Of a stretch of DNA of 64,000 nucleotides, positions 36,966 to 50,644 are shown piece after piece. Numbering within the stretch: the stretch's first letter is position 1; every line of letters begins with the position of its first letter. Origin of the DNA: Mobula hypostoma (Eukaryota). Below the pieces are notes generated by a model. That model was not told the origin of the DNA and searched no databases. It saw only the letters and a program-made list of their open reading frames with translations. The translations under genes were made by a program, and so were the position numbers. The DNA is taken from the NCBI RefSeq assembly GCF_963921235.1, contig NC_086104.1, positions 88,102,001 to 88,166,000 of the forward strand, given 5' to 3'.

Positions 36966-38045
36966 ATCACATCAAGTACCACAGGACCCCGTGACCAATC
37001 TTTCACTATGGCTGGTCCAGTCGAGTTTCTGGTCAAAGATGAATACTAGGATATTGATGGTGAGTAAACACTGATGGAAATGCTATTAAATATCGAGATG
37101 TGGTTGGTAGAATATCTGGAGCAAGAGTGTTCCTTACCACCTATCTGCCCATTTTGAATTTGTCTAGTTGGAACATTGACTTGGAATAAAATACCTTTTA
37201 ACTGATATTGAATTCTGAAAAAAGTGTCCATACAAAGCAGAAAACATCTGTCTGTGTGCAAAACTCTTTAATTTTCAGTTTGACATTAATGCATATTAAT
37301 GTTTTTCTGGAGATGGGAAGGTTCATTTAATCTTTAAAAAGGCCCATGGCTTTATATCAAAGTACTTTATCATTCTCAAACAACCTTAATTTCAATTACA
37401 AAAACTTTCACAGATTACAATTTTTGTGGATTATTCACAATCAACCCCTGCCCTACAAGTGTATCAGCCAGAAATTTCATGGTTAAACATCTGGGCTAGT
37501 GTCACAAAACAACTCAATTGGGATTTAGTCTGGTCAGACTACAAAAATCAGACTAAATAAATTACAGAAGAACTTACTAGTCACCTTTTGGATGATTGTA
37601 TTCAAATGGTATAATCCATTCTTCAGCTGAACCTACAGCAGCCAACATAGAAAACTGTCAAATTTACATCTTGAATGGCAATACGGTATTACCAAACCCG
37701 CATCTTAACCTAGCCTTGTATCGACCATGACTTCTGTGCCTAGTGGACCTGAACAGGGCTATAAATGGAGTGATCCAGAAATTTCAGGGCACCTGTATAA
37801 ACATGTCAGGGCATCTTAGGTAGGTAAGAGGAGAACCACCAAGATTTGACCCACTTTCTTTTTTTCCTTTCTAAATACTGGGACAATTGTGCAACAGCTG
37901 GTATTTTGGCTGCAACAAGATGTAATCAATGCAAGCCAATAGAATACACATATTTGAGCAAAGCATGCTAGAAAATAATAATACATATGGTCCACGTGAC
38001 CAAATTTTCTAGTACTTTCTAAACACAAGAACGGTTCTCTTCTGC

Positions 38046-38837
38046 TTACGATTCTTTTTTCTCTTGTGCAACTCCAGTAACCAAGACCAAATTGCAGGAC
38101 ATGAATTGAACACTCAAAAGATTACTGGTCTGTCCTGTATATACACCCACTAGCTCATTGGAAGAACCATCCACCGATGAAGTAGAGTATGTATTACGAA
38201 TATCCCAGACACGGACAGAATTGTCAACTGATGCAGAAACGATCAGACTGCTATCTGAACTAAATGCAAGGCTAGTTATGTTGTCAGAATGCCCTCTCAG
38301 CTCTTTGAATAAAGTACCTGATGCGAGGTCCCATAGCTTCAGTCGCTGATCTTCACCTGCTGAAGCTAAGTATTTCCCATTGGGAGAAAAGGCCAATGCC
38401 AACACAGGGCCACGATGTCCTGTGAAGAGGCGGACTGTGTTCCCTTGCTGAGTACTCCACAGCCGCACAGTTTTATCTATTGAACCAGTTGCCACATAAT
38501 TAGAGTTTGGATGAAACTTTACACAGTCTACATCTGCTAAGTGACCTGCATAAATACGTAGTGGGTACGTCCTATCAAGTGCCCAAAGTCTTGCAGTCCG
38601 ATCATGCGATCCACTCACAAAGTAAAGGCTAAGAGGACTAACGTCAATGTCCCAGACTGGATAAGCATGCCCTTGATACAAACCAGTGTTTTTAAAACTG
38701 CACAAATCCCAGTATCGGACTGTTGTGTCTTCTGAACAAGAGAGAAGTCCTGAATTATCTGAGAGAAACTTGGTACTGTACACAGGACCACAGTGTGCTC
38801 TTAGGATCTTCATTTCACTGCCCACATCATCTACCAC
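38046..38837 (-). CDS. TAF5L: TAF5-like SAGA/PCAF-complex subunit, last coding exon (WD40 repeats)
   Basis: Acceptor ttttaatgcAG, 792 nt. Contains [40 protein letters not shown] and VGVYTGQ. Stop TAA at 38046-38048. Confidence 0.97.
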   Translation of the reverse strand: MVDDVGSEMKILRAHCGPVYSTKFLSDNSGLLSCSEDTTVRYWDLCSFKNTGLYQGHAYPVWDIDVSPLSLYFVSGSHDRTARLWALDRTYPLRIYAGHLADVDCVKFHPNSNYVATGSIDKTVRLWSTQQGNTVRLFTGHRGPVLALAFSPNGKYLASAGEDQRLKLWDLASGTLFKELRGHSDNITSLAFSSDSSLIVSASVDNSVRVWDIRNTYSTSSVDGSSNELVGVYTGQTSNLLSVQFMSCNLVLVTGVAQEKKES

Positions 38838-39103
38838 CTGCATTAAAAACAGGCAAGAGTAATAAAGTCACATAAAACCAAATTCATCAAAAATTCAATT
38901 TATCATGCATGCATTGAACAATGAAAATTGTTTACAGTAGTTCTCTACTGGCTTTTGCTTCCTTATTAAGCAGAAATCACAAGTGTTTATATCATCCTGC
39001 ATTTCTCTCCTTTAAACACCTGTTAAGGATGGAGACAGGCTTCAGACAGTATCATATCCAAAGCAACCTCCAACAGGTCAAGAGAAAACAATGAAGATAT
39101 TAA

Positions 39104-39217
39104 CGCAAACATGAGGAAATCTGCAGATGCTGAAATTTCAAGCAACATACATAAAAGTTGCTGGTGAACGCAGCAGGCCAGGCAGCATTACTAGGAAGAG
39201 GTACAGTCGACGTTATT
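39104..39217 (-). mobile_element. Very short Penelope tail insertion
   Basis: Only the last ~110 nt of the terminal repeat, starting within the hammerhead (aacgtcgac). 10-bp TSD aagatattaa at 39094-39103 and 39218-39227. Confidence 0.8.
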
Positions 39218-41154
39218 AAGATATTAAGATGCCTTTCCTTTTGATTGTCCTGAAAATTATTTTCAGCTAGGCAAAGTTGTGCTTAAAATGCTGAAACATC
39301 AAACTCATATTCCAATCTGTCACAATGTTGCTGAAAAAGGGGATAAGAACCAGGATATAGTCAGTGCAGCTTAAGGGAACAGTCAGAGCAACAAATCCCA
39401 AAGCAATAAAGTAAGTCTCCAGATTGTATAAATTATCACTATCTGAAGTATTCTCTCAGGTGGCTGCAAAATATCCTGTGGTACTACTTTTAAAAAAAGG
39501 ACGAGAGGGTGATTATGCTCAGTGTCACGTCAATAATTATCCTGTACTATTTGCAGAGTCTTCACCTCAGGTTAGAGGTTTGCAAATTGTCCATCATATG
39601 CAGCAGCCAATGACTACATTTCAGTTGGAAAGGACTTTGGGATCTTTTTAAAAAATAAGACAAGGGCAATCTCTTCACAGCTGTTGCTGATCCTAAGGTG
39701 CAAATGTGACATTTCTAAATTAAGCCAATTCACTGCTGCCTTTTTTAAAAAAAAAAGTACATTTTTAAACAATATTTTAAAGTGACAGTCATTCCCTGTT
39801 CATCTGTCAAATTTCTCAGAGGGAAATTAAATGAACTATGTTTATGACTGAACCAAATTATCTTTTAGTAACAAATTATCTTTTGCTGACGTGTAGTTTC
39901 TTGCTTTTGAAGAAATATTCATACAAACTGCTGATGGGTTCTACTTACATTTCAGCATATTACAAGAGGCACATGTTACATGTAACATACAGCATCCGGC
40001 CCTTGCATCATCCACCTCAGGGAAATCTTCAGAATGGGATTGGAAAATACATGACCCTCTCATCACCCAGACCTGAGTTTTGGGAAAGCTTTTTCAATGT
40101 TACTAATACATTTTAACCACTCATTCTGCGAGGGCGGGAAAATCTAAGAGTAAAAACAAAAGGTTGCAACATAGCATATCAGGGAGCATCTGTGGAGTGG
40201 AGCTATTCTGGTAACAGTGTATCAGCTTGAAAGGTGCAACTGCATCCTGTCCATCCTCTCCAAAATAAATCAGTTCATGTGGGACTTTATTTTGTACATC
40301 AGGAAATATGCAGTCACTATTAGACTGCCTTGATCAAACCGGAAAAAATGAAGGCTGGGGAGAAAACCAGTCTTCTCTCGGCTGATCTAATAAAAGACTG
40401 AAGAATTGTAAAGGCAAACTTTAGGCACATTTTTCCTGCACAGCTTTCAGGCTTTCAAGACTCAAACCTACTTTCATTTAGTAACCCCAAACCTGTTTGG
40501 AAGAAAGATTAAAGCTGAAATTGATCCGATGTGCACATAATAAAGCAAGTCCAGTATTTGTGAATTATTTACTGCTTCAAATGATCAGGTTATGAACAGT
40601 AATCTTCACCTAACTAGATGCCTGGAATTTCACACCCATGTTATAAAAATTAGCTGTCAGGATTCCTACTCAGTTGGTGGCCATTTAGCCCATCAAAAAT
40701 ATACATCCCTTGAAGAGCAACCCCTTTATTCTTATTCTCCATATCACTCTCTGCACTCCCAAGAGCCTACACAATCCCCTTTTGAAGACAATTTCCATCA
40801 TCCCTACAAGCATCAAACTGTGTATCTTAATTATCACATAAAAGTAGTTTCCTCACACTCTTCCCCTTATAACATTTGCCTTTGTTTCCTGTTCCTTGAG
40901 CTGTCACTGGAGCTGGCAGTGGGAACGTGTTCACATCAAGGGATGTTATTGCATCTTAAATTTTAATATTCCTCCCTGCTCTAGATGTGCTAGTGTATAC
41001 TATCCATTATTTCCCAGTGGATTATCCCATCTGTCAAATACTCATACACCTCAGATACCAAGTGAACGCAAGAGATTTGGAGATGTGATATTTGAAACAA
41101 TTCGCATACTGGGAGGGGTGTTAATTAACTTAAAACACCTTTAACATTTAAACA

Positions 41155-41358
41155 CCTTTTCTTTCAACTACTCCAAAAAGTGCTGCAAACCTTGCTCCTT
41201 TAAACTCTCCTACCTTCTCCCTCACTTACTTGGACTGAGCCATCACCTGCCAGCTTGTAATACTTCCCCTCCATAGATGTGGTCTGATCTGCTGAGTTCC
41301 TGCAGCATTTTGAATGTTACTTAAGATTTCCAGCATCTGCAGAACCCCTTGTCTCTTT
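41155..41358 (+). mobile_element. Decayed Penelope tail
   Basis: ccatagatgtggtctgatctgctgagttcctgcagcattttg..atttccagcatctgcagaa. Confidence 0.65.
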
Positions 41359-41445
41359 TAACCAAATTTTGTTTGCTTCAATAAAAGGTAAACAACTTTG
41401 TGAAAGTTTTGTTTGTAAATTGTTTTGATCTTTATGTGCAAAAGT

Positions 41446-41721
41446 CTTCTTCTTAAGTCCATCACCCGGGCTGGAGCATAGGCCGTCAACAGCAGCTCAC
41501 CACAGTCCTCTGACCTGGGCCGAAGACTGATCGGCCCTGTGGCTTCTGCTTTGACCACGACTTCATGTCTTCTCGGCGAAAATCCTTCCTCTCCCAGGGA
41601 TGAGGTCTTTGGAGCCTCTGTTGGTGTTTCTGTAGCACTGGGTTTTTAAGGGATGGTGTTGCTAGCCCCATACCCAACCCTCCTCCTTTTGCAGCCGGGC
41701 TTGGGACTGTCCATGGCAAAG
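41446..41721 (-). mobile_element. Bipartite RTE-derived short element
   Basis: Minus strand: gtcccaagcccgg..ggagggttggg..ggggctagcaac (RTE 5'UTR-like) joined to ggcctatgctcc..(aag)n (3' end). TSD ttatgtgcaa(a/c)agt at 41432-41445 and 41722-41735. Confidence 0.7.
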
Positions 41722-42157
41722 TTATGTGCAACAGTTGCAAAACTATATTCCAAGAGCAGGACCACTGATTCTAAACTCACTAAAATGGAGCGATGAGCAA
41801 AGATTTTAGTTTAAATTAAATAAATCTGTAATGAAGCCCTAACCATCAGCAATAGTGACCATTAAAGGAAAGGCTTTTTATAAAACCTCATCTGATTCAT
41901 TTACACCTTAAAGAGGAAATCTGGCCATCCTGGTCCATTTTGGCCCATGTAAATCTACTGATCAACATGATTGGCATATAACCATCAATTCAGAGGGTAA
42001 TTAGTGATTGCCAATAAATTACTACAGATCCTGCAAGTGAAATAAAACGACATAAGTAACTCTGGATTAAATAATTAAAAATTAATTATTCTCAAACTCT
42101 TCATAGAATAATGCTGGAAACCACCATATTCCCATGACCGCACTTCGTAGCTCCAGA

Positions 42158-42947
42158 TTCAGTTGTAGTTAAGTGCCATCGAGTAATTGTTGACTCATGG
42201 TGACCCTATGGATAGTTGCCCTAAAAGCTTCAATCCTCGCAAAGGCGGCTCTTTGTTGATAATGTTGTGTTCAAAGCTGTCCTCATTGTGTCCATCCATC
42301 TGATGGCAGCCTTCCTCTTTTCCGTTGTCCTTCTACCTTGCCAAGCATGATATCTTCTTCCAGGGAGCTGTTTCCACAAATAATGTGTACAAAGTACAAC
42401 AGGCAGGGTCTTGTCATTTGAACCTCCAGAGAGAGACTTGGTTTGATCTTGTTGAGGACCAATCCGTTTGTTCTGTAAGAGGTCCACAAGGTGCATAGTG
42501 TTTTTCTCCAGCACCACAGTTCAAAGGCATTGATAGGCTTACTATTCTCCTTCTCTACTGTCCACCTTTCACATCCATATAATGTCGTAAAGAACACTAT
42601 CGCCTGCAAAAGTTGAATCTTGGTATGTAAAGATAGATTCCAGTTCCTGAGGATCTTCTCTAAATCCTTCATGGCTGCTCTGCCAAGTGTGATTCTTCAT
42701 TGGATTTCTTGACTGCTTACCACTTCGGTGTTAATCATTGATCCAAGCAAGTTGAAACTGTTCACCGCTTCAATTTCCTCTCCACTGAGATTGAAATTGG
42801 TTATGCTGCCAGAAGTCATAATCTTAGTCTTCTTCAAGTTAAGGTGCAGACCCATCTTGAGGCTATGTTCCTTAATGTTGGTTAGTAGTTGCTTTAGGTC
42901 TTCTTTGTTTTCAGACAGTATTGCTGTGTTCTCAGCATAACGCAGGT
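42158..42947 (-). mobile_element. RTE-clade (BovB/RTE1-like) LINE 3' fragment
   Basis: LRYA at about 42940. ORF 42283..42672 has LYGCE.W, AFELWCWR and MLGKVEG.RKRGR...RW. 3' end reads gactcatggtgaccctatgga on the plus strand. Confidence 0.85.
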
Positions 42948-43640
42948 CCTCTGTAAGGCCTGGAGGAACAGGAGCAGCCCACTTGCTGCAATCAGTCCCT
43001 AATCACCCTCCAATTGAGAAGGTAGTTGAGTGAAGCATGTAGGCCCGACCATGTAATTTTTACAAGTTCCTTTTCCTGAAGAACATTAGGTAACCAGGTG
43101 TTTTCTTAATGACTATCGATTAGTTTTGTGGCCAGAGATATTGAGACTTTTCCCAAAAATAAATTCTAGAATTATGGGTATTTCAATTTACCAGATGGGA
43201 TTGAACAGTTTTCTAGACCAAAGGTCCAGAACTTTACTCGTACAATGATAACCACATCACCAGCTTATACTAACAGTAATTTAATTTCAGCCCTCTAATT
43301 TTTTGGTCATTATGCTAGACTCAGCTTCTGCCTCCCTCCAAACTTATTCAGTTTTGCCTTTCTCTTTATTTTGTCATTACACTTGCATTTCAATTCACAG
43401 AGCTTGTCCTCAAAACAGTATCAAAACTTATGCTTAACTGAAAGGGCAGACAGGAGTTTAATTTGTGACAATTATGTAAAGTACAATTCAGGAACCTTCC
43501 TTGGGAGGGTATCAGTTTTCAAAGCAAAGCAAGCTGCAGGACAAAAGACTACAAGGAAATAGGTTAAGCCAATTGAAGTTTAGCAGCTTGATGCTAACTG
43601 TTGGATTTAGCTGCTGTCATACAACCAAGCAAATACATAC

Positions 43641-44365
43641 CTCATTATCAAAGATATCACATGCAAGGTTGATTCGAGAAACATCCACCTGCTGTGGCCC
43701 AAACTTAAGTTTCTTCGATCGCAAGCTCCAAAGTTTAATGCAAGAGTTGTCAAATCCAGCACTAAGCAGTTTATTGTCGGGTGAAATTTCTGCAGTATTC
43801 AGCAATTGGTCTGTGTTGTAGAAAGCATAGAAACATATTGTCGTGAGAGAGGGTGGCCCATCCTTTACTCGTTTTATACTGTCTTGCAACAGCTCCAATG
43901 CTGCTTCATTCTGTAACATGGCAGAGGGTATCTCTGAAGGCTCCAAGCCCAACCCCTCACTTCGAGAAAGGGCTCCAACACTGTATAGCTGATAGCCAGT
44001 CTGCTGAGAACACCGCACATCCAAGTGAATACGTGAGGCTAGAATCTTGCACAATGTACTATTGTTGTCACTCTGGAGGTAGCGGAGAAGATAGTTGTAA
44101 CTTTCTTCAGTAAGGCTAACAACATACTTGTTTTCAATTAGAGTACGCAGCTTGGAGTTTGAATAAATATCCTGGCTATTCAGAGTACTCCTTAGCTGTT
44201 CCATGATGTCCTTTTGATCTGCGTTTTGCAGAAACATTCCATGGAAGCGACTGTAGAAGCTATCTGCTGCACTCTTCAAACTGCTATGTACCATGTCAAG
44301 ATGGAGGTAGACAAATAAGGGGTAAAGCAGTTGTTTCACTTCTCGGCTGTACTTTGATTCTACAT
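43641..44365 (-). CDS. TAF5L: TAF5L coding exon 3 (TAF5 NTD2 domain and first WD40 blade)
   Basis: Acceptor ttcttattccAG, donor GAG|GTATGT, 725 nt. Contains LLYPLFVYLHL, FYSRFHGMFLQNA, PPSLTTICFYAFYNT and AGFDNSCIKLWSL. Confidence 0.97.
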
Positions 44366-46199
44366 CTGGAATAAGAAATGTGATAATGAGGAAAGGCATT
44401 CACAGGACACCCACACCTTTCCCTACAATCCTTACAGTGCTCACAGGCAAGTCAGAAATTTTATGAGCCAAAACTAAGCATTCAGCACAAACTGCAAAAG
44501 CAATAAGCACTAGTTTTGTGAACATGCACATGGAACATTTCCAAAATTTGGGAACACAGCCAAGCTTCAAAAATATATTAAGATCAGACATGGCAACCTG
44601 GAACAGAAAGGCAGTTATAAAATAAAAATTCCAATTTACTTGCTTTTCACCAACTGAAATTATTTCCTAAATCACATCAAAAAATTTATGTTATAGATAC
44701 CCATAGAAGTCTCATCTTACAATGATACAGGAGGTGGCCATTTGGCCCATCATGCCCATACTAGCTCCATTAGTTAGTCCCACTGACTTCCCCATTTTCC
44801 TGTAGCCCTGTATTTACTCTCTCTTACACATTCCCATAAAGGCTTCTTTAATCCTTTTTACCATTAACCTACACTAAGAGCTAATTGATCAACCAGCACT
44901 TAATTCAGATGCAGAAACCAATTGATAACCCGTGCACGCAAACTCTACACTGAGATTAGCTTTGAAAACATGTCCCTGGAGAGAGCTTTGTTGTACTGCC
45001 TTTACACCCTTTAACATTGAGATGGAGCTAATCTATTCACATGTTGCATCCATCATCATTCTTTATAAGCAAATTATACAACTTCTGCGTATGTTAGAAA
45101 AGTTATGACATGAAATACCTTCTGCTCACATTTAACTCTGCACCTTATCTACAACATGCCTTCCACATAGACACTGACAGGATTAACTAAGGATAAAGCT
45201 AACACCAAAGTGTGAGATATCAAGTTAGTTCAATTATTTAGAACCAGTGTTCTTAAGGCACCCATGAGGGGAGCTTCAATTTCAGCAGAAAGATTTGATA
45301 CTCCTAAATGATATTTCAAACAGCAAAGTGTTGATTCCAGGAAAACAACATTTCAAATAAAACTCTCAAATGACTAAATAGCAGGCACATTCCCTGATCT
45401 CTCTGACAGTATAACACCTTTATCTCCATCACTAAAGCCCCTTTGAAATGGAAAAAAATATTGGAATTCCATAGGATTTTTCATTGATCATGAAATCAAT
45501 ATTGAGTAAATAAAAACATTAGTTTTGCTAATATAGAGCTCAATTACTTATGTTAATTATAACTTGAGCATTTGATGTACTCTTTTTATTTCCAAGAAAT
45601 CAGGATAGGAGGTCATATTTGCTTGCGGTAACTTTTAACACAGTGCTTTAAAATTTTCTTGGATGTTGTTTTGCCGAATAGACCAAATTGATGCATTAGT
45701 CAACTCCAGAAAGTGGCTCCAATTCATTCTGATCAAATTACCTTTTATTTCATTAGCAGTTCACATTCAGAAACATCCCAATTCAAAGGACAAAATTTTT
45801 AATGCCAAAATATTTCAACAATGAGGCATATTCTAGTTTTGCAGACTGGGCCATCCAAATGAGGAAGTAGCTGAAGAAACTGGTGAAAAGAACTTGTAAG
45901 CCAAAATCAGAGCTGGACAGGAATGGGTCTCAGACTGCAAGGTTAAATGAAATATTCCCATTACAAAACTCTTCCTGAAAAACTGTTAATACATTAACAT
46001 ACAATGCCAATATTAACTGATTCTTTTCTTGTGCAAATTTATCAATGTAACCTCTATTCCTTTATCCCTCAAATTTAAGAGCTTCAAAGGCATGTCTATT
46101 ATTTACTTCAACCATAGCATGTGGTAAACACGTTCCATGTTCTTATTCCCTCAGCAAAGACTTTGTTTTGAATTTATTAGTTGATTTCATGGTGACTTT

Positions 46200-46648
46200 C
46201 AAAGCCTTGTGTTTGGGGACCTCATTCAACATCATCGGCAAGTCCTGGAGTCAATATCGAATTTGGAACCTGAAAGTCAAGGACCGATAGCCAAAGCCCC
46301 AAGTCTGCGAATCTCTGCGAGTCTGCTAGGGAAGTCAAAGGCCCAATGGCCGCGAGTCTGAGTCCACTGGAGGCTGTAAGCTGTAGACGTCTTGTCCTGG
46401 GGTTGGAGGACTATGTATTTATGTGGGTGGGTGGGTGGGAGGAAGGAATCTGGATTGGTTTGCTATGGTTTTGTTACTGGTTGTGTTTTGTGTTGTTGCG
46501 CAAAGCGTTGTGATCACGCTATGTTGGTGCTGGAATGTGTGGCAACACCTGCAGGCTGCCCCCTGCACATCCTCGGCTGTTGATTGTTAATGCACATGAT
46601 GCATTTCACTGTATGTTTTGATGTAGATGTGATAAATAAATCTGAAAT
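46200..46648 (+). mobile_element. LINE-tail-like interspersed repeat (Rex-type 3' end)
   Basis: Ends gcatttcactgtatgttttgatgtagatgtgataaataaatctgaa. No coding signal. Confidence 0.45.
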
Positions 46649-48874
46649 AATTCTTATAGTGATGGTTTCTAGTTACACTCCTCTCCAAAGTGAAAATATT
46701 CTCTGAACCTACTCTCAAAACTTTCTATCATTTTCAACACCTAAGCAAATTCTCTCAGCAGCCATCTTTACACCAGAGGAAGTAAAGAGACTGAGTCTGT
46801 TTGCCTTGACAAGTACTGTTGTGGCATCATCATAGCAAGTCTCTTTTGTATTCTCTGCAATGCCTCAATTTTTCATGATATGGCAACCAGTACTACACAT
46901 GTACAAACGCTGCCTAACCAAAGTTCATTTTCCTATTTTCCAATGCCCTCTTTAGATACCGCATTTTGTATTTTCATGGCCCTGCTAATATGCAGACAAC
47001 TTTCAGTAACTGCAGCACCTGCATGTCACAATCCCTTTGTTTCCCTACCTGATCTATGGTGGTATCTTCCCAATAACAAGTGAGCTCTGTTCTTACTATC
47101 AAAGTCTGCGATCCTGCATTTACCCTTCATTTGCTCATTAATACTTTTATCCATTCTGTAAGTTTAAAGCTCACTTATCATTTGTTGAGGTTTTCTGCAG
47201 AACTGAATATTCCTTCTAAACATGGTACCATATACAAACTTTAACATTTTTAATTCAAGTATCTGACTTTAAATACAAACAGACATGACAGCAATTTGAA
47301 ACACTGCCTACTTCCATTTCAAAATGAAACTCTTCAATCCAACTCTGCATAGCCCTGAGGTCAACTAGTAAATAATTCTACTTGGCCAATGCTTTTTCAT
47401 TCTCTGACCTTAATCACGGTTGTATAATGAATACAGAAAGTTTTTTCAAAAAACTGGAGAAATTAAAACTATTTGGTAGGAATATTCGGTTTAGACAGCA
47501 TTTGCTTATGTGTGTAGCTTTGGTTACTGTATCGTGGAAAAAATTATCAAGGCACTAGAGATCTGCAGCGGTGGCTTAATTAGGTCTATGAAATTATGGA
47601 AGATTTTCTTAGTGGGTTCAGAAAATGTTTACACTTGTGGAGAGGAGTAACTCAAAGCCATCACTTCAAGTCACCATGAGATCCAGTAGTGAATTCAAAA
47701 GAAAATCAATGCTGAAAGAGTAAGAGTGTGGAACTTGTTTCCACGAGCTATGGTTGAAGCAAAGAATAGGCATGCCTTTAAAACTGAATAAGCTTGAAAG
47801 AAAAGGGAACAGAGGGTTACATTGATAGGTCTGTTTGAAGAACGAGTTCAAGTGCATCACAAATGACATAATTGACTGGATGGGCTAAATGGCCTGTTTC
47901 TAAGCTGCAAATCCAAAAGGAGATAAAGATTGTTTACCTTGTTAGCTCCTTGTTTCCCCAGCTATTTTCTGCTGATTAATGAACCTACCACTTCTAGGTG
48001 TTCTCCTGGTTTCTCCTCTGGTAGAGATTCCACCATTTTATCCTTCTACTAATGTTAACCTTAAATTTCAATAATGTTATAAACCCTTCTTAAATACAAG
48101 TGTTAAATTAGTTATCTGTCACTCCTTATGAATATCTTTTCCAAACAGGTTATTAAATGCCTCAGTTATCTCTAATCTTGATCTGCAAAAAAAAAATGCT
48201 GTAATCTATTGAGGCCAGGGATTTAATCCTCAACAGTTTTGTTATTATCAATTTTCCCTCTTCCCACTTGTTTGTAATGTTCCCTGTTCAAGCTTCATGA
48301 TGGATTCAGAGCAAAATAATGACCTTTGATATCTTCTTATCACATACTGTGGCACTATCCTGTTTGTACTTAATGGCCTTATTCCAATTTAATCTTTTTT
48401 AAATGTTTCTATTTTATGCCCCTTGAAAAATTTGGTTCATCTTTACTTTTTAATTGTTCAATTCGAAGAGATCAGTTAAAAACAATCTCTTTGTATTCTC
48501 TCTTACCATCCACTCTTCTACCGTCTCTATACAATGTATGCCCTTTCCTTTTCCTCAATCTTTTATTGCATCCATAGAGCATCAGAAATGTTTTGTTAGT
48601 TTTGTCTTTTTCGTAAAATACATCCTTCCTGTACTCAGTTGAACATTATTTTGAATGTTTCCCTTTTCAAACAAAACAATGCTGCTGTTCATTTCATCTT
48701 TGAGTCCTATACCCAGAACCACAAAATCAGTTCTCCCCCAAATCTATTTAATTTTCATCACATTGATGTCCTTTTCTATTATCTTACAGGATATTACAGT
48801 TGGATGCTCCCTTATTTTCTCTTATCTACTGCAGTTCATTCTTCATTCACACTGTTCAGTCTGTCAATAACACA

Positions 48875-49745
48875 ACAGTGGTGGTCTCACCATCAACAAC
48901 GGTGAGATAGCCTACAGAGTGAAGATGGGAGAACAAGGCAAATAATATTTTCCTGAATGTCAACAAGACAAAGGAGATGGTTATCGAGAACTTGGACCAC
49001 TCAAACCCCATTTTACATAAGTGGCATAGCAGTTTCAAACTGCTGGGAGTGCACATCTCACACTAACTTTCAGGGTCCCAAAACACATTCTAAAGTTAGG
49101 AAAGCTCACCAACGTCTCTACTTTCTGATGAACCTGAAGAGAGCTGGACTATGCACATCTATACTCATGTTACTCTACAGATGTGCAGTAGAGAGTATCC
49201 TAACAAGCTGCAGCACTGCATGGCACGGAAACTGGATTGCAGCAGACAGGAAGGCTCTACAACAGGTGGTCAAAACTGTCCAATGCATCATGGCATCAGC
49301 CTACTCGCCATCAAGGACATATACATATACAGAAAAGTGCCTAAAGAGTAACGTCACGATGAATTCCACCCGCCTTACTCATGGACTGTTTGTCCCACTT
49401 CCATCAGGGAAAAGGCTATGTATCATCCACACTAGGACCACCAGACTCAAACACAGTTGCTTTCGCCAAATAGCAAGGCTGATCAACATCAATCCACCCC
49501 TACCTTATCACTTCCTGGCAGTTAGCTTGTGTGCAGACAGCCCTATGCCTTGCATCTCTTTAAAGACATACAATTAAATCTACTATAACTGATGAGTATT
49601 TATATTTGTGTTTTTTTATCATCATTGTTCTGTTCTTTATCTTGTGTTTTTTTGTGCTACATTGGATCTGGAGGAATAATTATTGTATTTCTTTGTTCTT
49701 TACACTTGTGTACAGAAAATTACACTAAGCAATCTTGAATCTTGA
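48875..49745 (+). mobile_element. Rex1/Babar-like LINE 3' fragment
   Basis: KAHQRLYFL, YRCAVESILT and LPSGKR (48957..49577). (atcttga)n tail at about 49732-49746. Confidence 0.8.
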
Positions 49746-50399
49746 TTACTAGATCCAAACAAGAATACTTTCTGGATTATGTTTAAAACTATAAAGAACA
49801 GTTCTATAAATATCGTTGGAACTACATTCCTTTTCTCCTTATGTTCAATTCATATTGGGCTAAATGGAATTCCCCATCATTGTTAGTCTGTTTTTTTAAA
49901 TGTTCGTACATATTTCCTCCTCCACCTCTCTGTGCCATTACTTGTCTGGAATATTATTCTTGCTAATATGATTGATCTTTTTTTTCCTGTTGATGTAGAT
50001 TCTATTTATCTTTAGAAATGCCTCCACATTTTCTGTTACTAGTGCACAACAGCAATGTATGCAAACTTAAGCTTAATTCATACATATTGCCGCTCACCCT
50101 TTATCTGTCAACACCAGTGCAAAATAACCCATGTTGCTTTCAGTTACTAACTTATTTTATTAAAATATTTCTTCCTGACTCAGTGTCTTCCAGATTTGAA
50201 ATATTTGATATCTTTGTCCAAACCTGTGAATTTGATCTGAATTGAGGTTTGATCATACAACAGGCCAGTCAAATATGCCACCCTGTTGAGAAGTCTTCTG
50301 TTCTTCACATTGAAGAAAAGCTTCTCTTCAATTGTTAGACAAAAATTTAAACACTTTACAAACCATATTTATAACCACAGGTATAGCATGACTTTAAAC

Positions 50400-50518
50400 A
50401 CGTGATTCTGCAGATGCTGGGAATCTTCAGCAATACACAAAAAATGCTGGAGAAACTCAACAAGTTAGCATCTATGGAGGGAAATAGTCAATTTTTTTGA
50501 GCAGAGACCTTCATCATT
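50400..50518 (-). mobile_element. Short decayed Penelope tail
   Basis: gattctgcagatgctggg..aaaatgctggagaaactca..gagaccttcatca. Confidence 0.6.
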
Positions 50519-50644
50519 AATGTTCTACTGTATAAATTTCAGAGACAGTATTAAGCAGACACTGACAATGCGGAATGCTTATAGTATTTTATAACACCTA
50601 CGTAATTTACATCTGAATACATGCTTCCCCCCATCCACACTCAC

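Noticed and set aside
37260-37340. Candidate TAF5L poly(A) signals (ATTAAA on the minus strand)
   Set aside because: Several weak candidates in AT-rich DNA; I cannot choose one without transcript data.
38790-38805. TAF5L WD40 repeat begins AH rather than GH ([11 protein letters not shown])
   Set aside because: A single conservative substitution in an otherwise intact 587-aa frame; no sign of pseudogenisation.
40592-41144. ORFs of 124 aa and 82 aa antisense within a TAF5L intron
   Set aside because: No motifs or splice support; consistent with chance ORFs in decayed repeat sequence.
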